Shown here one piece after another: positions 17,883 through 25,715 of a stretch of DNA of 42,205 nucleotides (positions are counted from its first letter, which is position 1; each line of letters begins with the position of its first letter). The stretch is from Candidatus Aenigmarchaeota archaeon CG_4_9_14_3_um_filter_37_18 (GTDB taxonomy: Archaea > Aenigmatarchaeota > Aenigmatarchaeia > CG10238-14). The translations under genes were made by a program, and so were the position numbers. The notes below the pieces were generated by a model, which had not been told where the DNA came from, did not search any database, and was given only the letters and a program-made list of their open reading frames with translations. The stretch is taken from NCBI GenBank assembly GCA_002789635.1, contig PFTQ01000065.1:1-42205 (forward strand), written 5' to 3'.

Positions 17883-18614
17883 TTAAATACCCCAAAATCT
17901 AGGATAAGAGGTTGGTTGGAAATTACCAAGCATTCTTCCTAAAGTTTTTTTTAAATAATAAAAAGGTCCTAAAACAGCTGTTTGCGATTGAAGCAGTCTA
18001 TCGGCACTCCCTAATAATTTTTCATAATAAACTGTCTGTGCCCGATAGTATCTACTGGGGTCTCCAAACAGAGAAGCTAAAATTGGCCCTTGCATTACAC
18101 CCACTCTTCTAAATTCATGTTTTTCGCAAAGCCTTTGTGTTTTAGTATCGAATGTCTCGCAGAAAGCGCAAACATATTCAGTACCAGCATTTTCAATCGC
18201 AGTCATTGATTCATCAAATAAAATAGAACCTAGTCCTGTTCCTTGATATTCTGGGGATACCACTACTAAGGCTAATTCAGCGCTCATATTTTGGGGGTTT
18301 AAGATTATTGTTGACGTGGCTGGGATAATGCCTGATCTATCAGCGACCAAAATTCTAGTATTTCTATTTTGTAAAATATCTGGGTAGCATTCCGCTCTTG
18401 TGAATCCATCGTAAGAAGTATTCCTTAATTCTGGAAAGGCATTTGCATAGACTTCTGATACTCCAACATAATCTTCCTCATGTATTTCCCTAATTATATA
18501 TTCAACTCCATCTCTTCCAGTTCTTGAAATATCTACAGTCGGAAATACCAATCCTATTTCATCAATTCTTCCAGGGTTATCAAGCCGAAATATTCTTGTT
18601 CCAAAGTAATTCAC
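17883..18614 (-). CDS. GNAT-family N-acetyltransferase
   Basis: Motif A: LVVVSPEYQGTGLGSILF. Confidence 0.8.
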   Translation of the reverse strand: MNYFGTRIFRLDNPGRIDEIGLVFPTVDISRTGRDGVEYIIREIHEEDYVGVSEVYANAFPELRNTSYDGFTRAECYPDILQNRNTRILVADRSGIIPATSTIILNPQNMSAELALVVVSPEYQGTGLGSILFDESMTAIENAGTEYVCAFCETFDTKTQRLCEKHEFRRVGVMQGPILASLFGDPSRYYRAQTVYYEKLLGSADRLLQSQTAVLGPFYYLKKTLGRMLGNFQPTSYPRFWGI

Positions 18615-18620
18615 CAGTCA

Positions 18621-19304
18621 TTATAAGTCACCTCTTATCATTCTTTTAAAACTTGAATCAATCAAAACTTCAAGAGTATCAATTATCTCAACATCAAAAT
18701 CCCGAGGATTTACTACAAATTGCAAATCAGTACATCCAAGAACAATAGCATCAGCCCCTCGCCTAATCAGTTTTTCAATAATTTCTCGAATGAACCTTTT
18801 GTCTGCTTCTATGACCTGATTCCTTAGTATTTTGACGACTGTTTCTGAAATCCTATTTTGTTCTATTTTATCCGGAAGTACAGTTTGAAAATAGTTGCTA
18901 AACAGTTCAGAATTGATTGTTTCAGATGTTGCCAATAACCCTATCTTCTTGTAGCCTTTGTTCTCAACCACTTTTACCGTTTCTTCAATCACACTTAATA
19001 CCGGTATTTTGGATTCCTGCCTAATTTTGTCGATAAAAATATGCAATGTATTACAAGGCATGACTATGAAACCAGCACCGCCATCATTCAAATTTCTGAC
19101 ACTTCTGAGCAGGAATGGCAGCATTTTTTGCTCGTTTCTGCATTTCTGTATTATTTCTTCTTCTAATCTCTTTGGGAAAGACACGTTATCTATCAGAATT
19201 TGCGGGTAATAACCAGATTTTCCAGTAAATCTTCTAGTCAACTCCAGATAGAATTTAGACGTAGTCTCCGGACCCAAACCGCCTATAACGCCAAATGCAT
19301 TCAC
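18621..19304 (-). CDS. Aspartate/glutamate racemase family protein
   Basis: GVIGGLGPETT, and two catalytic-Cys motifs, MPCNTLH and LGCTDL. Confidence 0.85.
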   Translation of the reverse strand: MNAFGVIGGLGPETTSKFYLELTRRFTGKSGYYPQILIDNVSFPKRLEEEIIQKCRNEQKMLPFLLRSVRNLNDGGAGFIVMPCNTLHIFIDKIRQESKIPVLSVIEETVKVVENKGYKKIGLLATSETINSELFSNYFQTVLPDKIEQNRISETVVKILRNQVIEADKRFIREIIEKLIRRGADAIVLGCTDLQFVVNPRDFDVEIIDTLEVLIDSSFKRMIRGDL

Positions 19305-19513
19305 CTTTCATCATTTCCGCCTCCTACACGATAAACCCTGCACCGCATATCCTCAAGCACAACTAGCTCTTGGACAAGTTTCCTTTCCTTGAGAAATATC
19401 AGAGACCCTTTCACAGAACGTATAGACAAGCCAGTCAAACGCTGGATTTCCTTTTGCTTAAGATAACTGGAACTAGACAAGGCTAACAGAATCTTCCTAG
19501 CCGATTTCGGCAA
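19301..19513 (-). CDS. Small winged-helix DNA-binding protein
   Basis: LKQKEIQRLTGLSIRSVKGSLIFLKERKLV. There is a 4-nt overlap with the racemase start. Confidence 0.55.
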   Translation of the reverse strand: MPKSARKILLALSSSSYLKQKEIQRLTGLSIRSVKGSLIFLKERKLVQELVVLEDMRCRVYRVGGGNDER

Positions 19514-19578
19514 TCCAAACTAGTTCACCAGGCATAACTCTCACACATTTCTATGGAATAGAAGTATTTATAGGGTTA

Positions 19579-20847
19579 TTATAGGTGCAAATTAGAAAAT
19601 AGGCTTAGAACTCTCCCCCAGAATGCTTTGATTGAATTAAAAAATTCCACAAAGAAACCTGTCAATGGCGATCCTTGAGATTGCCCGGGTTCAGGTACAG
19701 TTATAGTAGTGGTTGATGATGTGGTTTGGGTTGTCGTGGTTTCTCTACTTTGGATAACTGAAAGGGTTATTTCTGTCGAATACTCTTTTTTGACTCCGCT
19801 TTTTAGCGATAGGCCTATTAGCTCTAGATTATAGCCTCCTGTTTTTGCAGTTTCTGGGATGTTAAATGTTATTGATATATCCGCAGCTTCTCCTGAATTG
19901 ATTGATTCTACATCATCTGGGTTAATTTCTGCCCAATTTCTATCGAAACCGTCCCCTGACATTGAGAAAGTAATATTATAAATAATGTAAGTCATGTTCG
20001 TGAAAAACTGGCCTTTTATTTTCTTTTCCTGTCCCTGTTCTACTGAAACTTTTTTTGGGAAATCCTGAAATTCGGCTATTCTCTTCTCTGAGGTTCCTCC
20101 ACCACCGCCGCCAGAATTTTGTATTGCGGATGTGATTGAAGTGGTGGTTGGCTTAGTTGTTGTTGAAGTTGAAGTAGTAGTGGTTGTAGAGGATGAAGTT
20201 GAAGTAGTAGATGTAGTGGTCGCTGATCCGCAAATATAGCCGTTTTCATGGCAGGTGCCTCCGCAGCATACGCAGTATTCAGGGCAGCCCATTCTACAAA
20301 AATCATTGATCGGGCAGCATCCGCTATCTGGATTTGATGAGCAGTCGTAATCTAAACAGTCTATATTTCCATCCACATCATTATCTATCCCGTCAGTACA
20401 GTTTGTCTCCACTTGCAGTATTGTTGTTGTGGTCAAATGGCAATCAGTCGGGCAAGTGTTAGAATTCTCCCCGACCTCAAAAGTAACAGAACCTCTCCAA
20501 TACCCGTCAAGATATGAATCAACTGATTTTACATAATATCCTATATTCCTATCAATGAATTGTTCCCCCCAGACAAAGGGGTAAGCAGTTTCATTTATAG
20601 AAATTCCTCCCCTATACTCTCCGAGCGCATAAAGAATAGCCTGGTAACTTGCCTGCTCAAAATCATAATAAACAAAATCATCAGTAGGAACTATAACTTC
20701 AATAACATTTTCTGAACAAACAGAATCTCCGCAGACAGAATCAGCTGCTGATAAGACAGGAAAACAAAATATCAATAAAAGGCCTAAAGTAAAGAAAGGT
20801 GTTTTTATTGTATTTCTTTTGATTAAAACGGTGTTTTTAATTATCAT
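19579..20847 (-). CDS. Secreted cysteine-rich surface protein with Ser/Thr-rich linkers
   Basis: N-terminal signal/TM segment, the metal-binding-like motif CTDGIDNDVDGNIDCLDYDC, a long S/T tract followed by G6, and a second T/S tract near the C-terminus. Confidence 0.72.
   Translation of the reverse strand: MIIKNTVLIKRNTIKTPFFTLGLLLIFCFPVLSAADSVCGDSVCSENVIEVIVPTDDFVYYDFEQASYQAILYALGEYRGGISINETAYPFVWGEQFIDRNIGYYVKSVDSYLDGYWRGSVTFEVGENSNTCPTDCHLTTTTILQVETNCTDGIDNDVDGNIDCLDYDCSSNPDSGCCPINDFCRMGCPEYCVCCGGTCHENGYICGSATTTSTTSTSSSTTTTTSTSTTTKPTTTSITSAIQNSGGGGGGTSEKRIAEFQDFPKKVSVEQGQEKKIKGQFFTNMTYIIYNITFSMSGDGFDRNWAEINPDDVESINSGEAADISITFNIPETAKTGGYNLELIGLSLKSGVKKEYSTEITLSVIQSRETTTTQTTSSTTTITVPEPGQSQGSPLTGFFVEFFNSIKAFWGRVLSLFSNLHL
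20164..20210. repeat. Two copies of the 17-nt sequence TGAAGTTGAAGTAGTAG spaced 30 nt apart, inside the Ser/Thr-linker coding region
   Basis: Read directly at 20164..20180 and 20194..20210. Confidence 0.8.
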
Positions 20848-20967
20848 ATTAACCGGTTTTTAATTATCAGCAGTAAATATTAAAATATTTGTAGCAAACG
20901 CAAGTGGTTCTTCTCGGTTTCAGAAATTCTTTATTTAATCCGTTTTCCATATTATAAAAAGATTGAT

Positions 20968-21900
20968 ATGCTGGAGATAGTAAAACACATCGAACTGAAA
21001 GGCACCGAAGCCAGAAAAGTGTCTAATGCAATAACATCTGTTATCAAAGAATTCAGCAAGCGCGCTGAAGTCAAAAAACTCGAGAAACTAGAAATATACG
21101 TCACGAAAAATCCTGTAAAAATAAGCAAGAAAATACTCTCAAATATAAGACTAAAAAGACATGGGGAGATCAGAGAATGGATAACAGAAAATGCCCCGAG
21201 TTTCACCTATTGGACTGAAGGGAGCACACCTATAATAATGCTTAACGCAAACGAAAAGAAGTTCCGAAAGATGGATTATGACGGTATCCGAGGATTATTC
21301 GCACATGAACTGATGCATCTCCTGAACAAACTCGATGGGATAGAAGACCGGTTAGAAGAAGAAATGGATAAAACAGGAAATAATGTCATTCGCCTATTGG
21401 AAAAACACAAGGAAAAAGAGCCATTCACAAGAGAAAGGCTTCTGGTATCATTCATCAGGATAACCACAACCACTGTGCTCCTAATTAAAGACATCCTGGC
21501 CAACAGCAGAGCCATGAGTTTTGGGTTTGATGAAGAGCTGTATGAGAACTACAAGTCTACATTAAGCGACGTGAAAAACTTCAAATACACAGAGAATAGC
21601 ATTATAACCGCCTTAAAACAAGACAGAAAACATGTCCTCGATGACTCATACTTGGCATACCTCGGGCTAAATATGCCATGGATCACCTTTAAGATGTTCA
21701 GGATAAAATGGTATAAGTACCTTCAGGAGCTCGCGAGGATAGAAGTCCCAGATATTGTAAAGAAGAACAGCAACAATGTCCTGAAAGAGATGCTGAAGCT
21801 AAGGTCAGGCCATGATGAGAAGCAGATAGCAAAAATATTAAAGGTTAGCCAAGACAGTTATTATAATATTGTGGAATATTTCTGCAAGAAGTTGATGTAA
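20968..21900 (+). CDS. Hypothetical protein with an HExxH zinc-metallopeptidase-like motif
   Basis: FAHELMHLLNK. No further family assignment was possible. Confidence 0.6.
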   Translation: MLEIVKHIELKGTEARKVSNAITSVIKEFSKRAEVKKLEKLEIYVTKNPVKISKKILSNIRLKRHGEIREWITENAPSFTYWTEGSTPIIMLNANEKKFRKMDYDGIRGLFAHELMHLLNKLDGIEDRLEEEMDKTGNNVIRLLEKHKEKEPFTRERLLVSFIRITTTTVLLIKDILANSRAMSFGFDEELYENYKSTLSDVKNFKYTENSIITALKQDRKHVLDDSYLAYLGLNMPWITFKMFRIKWYKYLQELARIEVPDIVKKNSNNVLKEMLKLRSGHDEKQIAKILKVSQDSYYNIVEYFCKKLM

Positions 21901-22023
21901 ACTTTTGATGCGAAAATTTGCTTTTTGTTAAGTGGGAGAAATTTTCAGCAATAGTGAAACATTATTAATATCTCACTCAGAATCTGGAGATATTATTTTG
22001 GTGGGTGAAAACACTACAAAACA

Positions 22024-22632
22024 TTATTTTTCGGCAACAATTGTGAAATTCCTCTTAATATTCTTAATATTCTCTTCTTTTATGATTTTAAACCCTATTT
22101 TTTTCAAATATTGAATAAAATCTACTCTTCTATACATCTTCTCATAAGGATGTTCTGAAGTTATTTTCATTATCTTTCCATATAAACCATCGAATGATTC
22201 TATTGAAACCTCGTAAATAAAAAATTTCCCCCCTGGTTTCAAAACCCTATAAAGTTCTCTCAAACAACCTTTCCAATCAGGAATATGATGAATTACAATG
22301 AAATCGAAAATGGCATCAAAATGGTTATTTTCAAACTTCAATTTGGAGGCATCCCCATTTTCGAAGGTGATTGAAGGGTCCTGAATTTTTTTTCTCGCAA
22401 CTTCAACCATTCTTTCATCTAAATCTATAGACACTATCTTATTAGGAGAGAAATAATTTTTAATCAGAAATGAACCAATTCCGCTGGCACACCCGATTTC
22501 CAGAAAAGTCCCTTTAGCTAATCCCTCTGAAAAACTTAAAAAATAGTTTGAAATAATTTTCTCTATAGAGCGTCTCCTAAACCAATGCTTACTAAAGAAG
22601 AAATACGAAAGGTTATTCATAGTCATAGTCAT
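22024..22632 (-). CDS. Class I SAM-dependent methyltransferase
   Basis: Motif I FLEIGCASGIGS and post-II LKPGGKFFIYE. Confidence 0.85.
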   Translation of the reverse strand: MTMTMNNLSYFFFSKHWFRRRSIEKIISNYFLSFSEGLAKGTFLEIGCASGIGSFLIKNYFSPNKIVSIDLDERMVEVARKKIQDPSITFENGDASKLKFENNHFDAIFDFIVIHHIPDWKGCLRELYRVLKPGGKFFIYEVSIESFDGLYGKIMKITSEHPYEKMYRRVDFIQYLKKIGFKIIKEENIKNIKRNFTIVAEK

Positions 22633-22748
22633 ACGAAAGAATAGAATTCGTATAATTAAATTCCTTACTCTTCAATCCCCCCTCAAAAACCACCTGAGAA
22701 AACCACACCCTATCTAAATATACAAGAAAAAAAAGAAGAATTTGAGAT

Positions 22749-22931
22749 TTACTTCTTCCTGCCTACAAAATAATACACTATTGCAGTAATTATGCTGAAC
22801 AGCACTGCACAGACCACCCAAATGACTTTTGTTGTTGTGTTCAATTTCTTGTTTTTCACAAGCACCTCATAAATTACCCAAATCGCACATACAAGCGCGA
22901 CAATTCCTAACAAACTTCCAAATAGTGCCAT
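22749..22931 (-). CDS. Small two-TM membrane protein (PLDc_N-like)
   Basis: Two hydrophobic helices, with a W...Y..GRKK ending as in PLD N-terminal-domain miniproteins. Confidence 0.55.
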   Translation of the reverse strand: MALFGSLLGIVALVCAIWVIYEVLVKNKKLNTTTKVIWVVCAVLFSIITAIVYYFVGRKK

Positions 22932-23068
22932 TCTCTATTACCTCCTATTCATTTATGGAAATTGGTATTTATTAAAATTTCTTGCGTTAAGCGAAGCATC
23001 AAAAAGTCACAAAACCTTTATTAATTTTAAATCTTCTAAATCATAGAGATTAATTAAATGGTGATTTA

Positions 23069-23572
23069 ATGGCTGTATTTAAGTTTGTGATCGCAGACCC
23101 AAAAACAAGAAAAAGCTACAAGGCAGAGATGGATCAAGACAAGGCTGCGGGTTTAGTCGGTAAAAAGATTGGCGATAAGTTTAATGGGGACTTGTTGGGT
23201 TTGGCTGGCTACGAGATTGCTATAACCGGAGGCACAGACAAAGACGGTTTTCCAATGCATCCTGATGTTCATGGGATGGTTAAAAAGAAGATAGTTCTTG
23301 CCAGCCCGCCATGCTTCCATCCAAAACACAAAGGCCTAAGAAGGAGAAAGATGATAGTAGGCAATACAATAAGCAGAACTATAGCCCAGATCAACTGCAA
23401 AATCATAAAAGAAGGCTCTAAAAAACCTGAAGAATTGCTTGGAAAGAAAGAAGAGGCAGTTGAAGCACCAAAAGAAGAACCTAAATCCCAGGAGAACAAG
23501 AAAGAGAAGAAATCAGAAGTAAAGGCAGAACCTAAAAAAGAAGAAAACCCAGAAGAGGAGAAGAAAAAGTAG
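23069..23572 (+). CDS. rps6e: 30S ribosomal protein S6e with a Lys/Glu-rich C-terminal extension
   Basis: GYEIAITGGTDKDGFPM... is the S6e core. Residues ~126..167 form a K/E/P-rich tail. Confidence 0.92.
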   Translation: MAVFKFVIADPKTRKSYKAEMDQDKAAGLVGKKIGDKFNGDLLGLAGYEIAITGGTDKDGFPMHPDVHGMVKKKIVLASPPCFHPKHKGLRRRKMIVGNTISRTIAQINCKIIKEGSKKPEELLGKKEEAVEAPKEEPKSQENKKEKKSEVKAEPKKEENPEEEKKK

Positions 23573-24808
23573 GTGATGAAGTTCGCTGAAAAAATAGACC
23601 CAAAAACAATCCCTGAAATCAATATTGGATTATTTGGCCATGTTGATCATGGTAAAACCACACTTACCCAAGCTATAACAGGCAAGATGACAGACACTCA
23701 TTCTGAGGAGATTAAGAGGGGTATTTCAATAAGGCTAGGCTATGCGGATGTAAGCATCTACAGATGCTCTAAATGCAAAGCATACTGCACAAGCAAGAAA
23801 TGCCCTAAATGTTTTGAAGACTGCAAAATTCAAAGGACAATATCTTTTATAGACGCCCCTGGCCACGAAAGCCTTATGGCAACTGTCCTAACAGGGTCTG
23901 CTATAATAGATGGGGCTATACTTGTCATTGCAGCGAATGAAAAATGCCCTTCCCCGCAGACATATGAGCATTTAACTTCTCTAGATGTGGTCGGAATCAA
24001 AAAAATAATCATTGTTCAAAATAAGATAGATATCGTTGACCAAGAAAGAATAAAAGCAAGCTACAAGGAAATCAAAGAATTTGTGAAAGGCACTATTGCT
24101 GAGAATGCTCCTATAATACCTGTTTCTGCAATGAGAGGGGTGAATATAGAGTATATCATCGAAGCTATGGAAAACAGCATTCCTACCCCAAAAAGAGACT
24201 TAACCAAAGATCCAAAGATGTATGTAGCTAGAAGCTTTGACATCAACAAGCCTGGCTCTGGGGTTGATAAACTGGTTGGGGGAGTAATTGGAGGCTCAAT
24301 AGTTGATGGAAAGCTTAAAAAGGGACAGGAAATAGAGTTAAAGCCTGGTATAAGAATCGGGGAATCATGGAAAATAATAACAACAAAGATAGTATCATTA
24401 GAAAAGGCTGGCAAGAAGCTGGAAGAGGCTGAAGCTGGCGGGCTGTTGGGTATATTAACAGAATTGGACCCATTCTTGGCGAAGGCTGATGGTTTAGTCG
24501 GAAATATAGTAGGCCTTCCAGGAAAACTGCCTGAAATAAGGAACAAGATAACTCTGAATATAAACCTATTAGAAAGGGTTGTTGGAACAAAAGAAGAGAT
24601 GAAAATGCAGAACATCCGGTTTAATGAGCCCTTAATGATCAACATTGGGACAGGCAGGTCGGTTGGGGTGGTTACAAAAATCAGGGGAAAGGATATTGAG
24701 ATGGATCTCAAGCTGCCTATCTGCGCTGATGCCGGGGAAAGAATTGTCCTGTCCCGCCAAGTCATGGGAAGATGGAGACTAATCGGGTATGGTATACTGA
24801 AAGGTTAG
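23573..24808 (+). CDS. eif2g: Translation initiation factor aIF2 gamma subunit
   Basis: GHVDHGKTTL, the zinc knuckle CSKCKAYCTSKKCPKC, DAPGH and NKID. The start is either GTG 23573 or ATG 23576, immediately after the S6e stop. Confidence 0.93.
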   Translation: MMKFAEKIDPKTIPEINIGLFGHVDHGKTTLTQAITGKMTDTHSEEIKRGISIRLGYADVSIYRCSKCKAYCTSKKCPKCFEDCKIQRTISFIDAPGHESLMATVLTGSAIIDGAILVIAANEKCPSPQTYEHLTSLDVVGIKKIIIVQNKIDIVDQERIKASYKEIKEFVKGTIAENAPIIPVSAMRGVNIEYIIEAMENSIPTPKRDLTKDPKMYVARSFDINKPGSGVDKLVGGVIGGSIVDGKLKKGQEIELKPGIRIGESWKIITTKIVSLEKAGKKLEEAEAGGLLGILTELDPFLAKADGLVGNIVGLPGKLPEIRNKITLNINLLERVVGTKEEMKMQNIRFNEPLMINIGTGRSVGVVTKIRGKDIEMDLKLPICADAGERIVLSRQVMGRWRLIGYGILKG

Positions 24809-25322
24809 GGTATCTCATTCATGAAAATTTTGGTTGCCTAATTTCTGGCGTGGTTGACAAAAATCTTCATGTTTATTCGTTCAATCAAAAATTCCTTTTA
24901 AGAGTTCAAAATTTCGGCATTTTACATGTTTTATTGAAAAATCATTTTTTACCTCATCTGCTTCACGTTTTCTGATTTTTTTGCTTTCAAATTCAACACG
25001 TATACTATTTTTTTCGCCAGTTGCCTTATAATTTTTTTAAAATGGCAATAGTTGCCGGCATTTTTGCGGTAAGTGTTTGAATTTCATGGTTTTAAGCAAC
25101 TTTCCAGGGTTTTGAATGGGTCTGAAACCCCGGGGATGACTTTTTTGGTTGGTTTTAGTAGCATTTTCTTTTTCATGGTCAACCTTTTCAGTTGTCTCGC
25201 CTTTTTCAGACCTCTCAGCTTCTGAAGACTTATTTTTCACTTTTTGGATACTTTCTGTTCAACTTAACCCAAACCTCTGTTGGCCAGCACAATCGTCCAT
25301 TCAATCAATTTAAAAATGCCTA

Positions 25323-25715
25323 ATGCCAATAAAAATCATGAAGATTATCATCTTAGACACAAACTTCCTGACAATCCCGTTCCAATTCGGATTGGATATC
25401 TTCAAAGAAATAGACGAGCTAATAGGCGAGGAGCATGAAACAGCAACAATAGACCAGGTAGTAAGAGAGCTTGAGAGCCTTTCAAAAGGCAGAAGCAATA
25501 ATTCAACAGCCGCAAGGATAGGCTTGGAGCTGATAAAGAAAAGACAAGTAAAAATCATTAAAACAAAAGGAAAGAATGCAGACGATGAGATAGTAGAATT
25601 ATCCAACGACAAGACAATAGTAGCAACAAACGATAAAGAATTAATTAATAGACTAAAGAATAAAAATATTAAAGTAATTTATTTAAGAGGTAAAAGTCGC
25701 TTAAATATGAGGTGA
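25323..25715 (+). CDS. PIN-domain ribonuclease (Fcf1/Utp24-like)
   Basis: IILDTNFL ... DDEIVELS ... VATNDKELINRLK, in the conserved position after aIF2-gamma. Confidence 0.8.
   Translation: MPIKIMKIIILDTNFLTIPFQFGLDIFKEIDELIGEEHETATIDQVVRELESLSKGRSNNSTAARIGLELIKKRQVKIIKTKGKNADDEIVELSNDKTIVATNDKELINRLKNKNIKVIYLRGKSRLNMR

Noticed and set aside
20100-20240. CRISPR-like or tandem-repeat array
   Set aside because: The periodic repeats lie inside a long ORF, encode a Ser/Thr linker, and have no unique spacers. No CRISPR array or cas gene is present anywhere in the window.
24061-24765. 234-aa minus-strand ORF, plus the similar long antisense ORFs 13657..14205, 10303..10734, 28538..29008, 23269..23622 and 9403..9693
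   Set aside because: Each lies entirely inside, and antisense to, a confidently identified gene (aIF2-gamma, pheS, pheT, L31e, S6e). Their Ser/Phe/Leu/Ile-rich composition is what the antisense of Lys/Glu-rich coding sequence produces. These are shadow ORFs.
25037-25240. 67-aa minus-strand ORF in the aIF2-gamma/PIN gap
   Set aside because: It has low-complexity charged composition, no ribosome-binding motif, and opposite orientation to a conserved operon. It is not called as a gene. The gap itself is reported as a finding.
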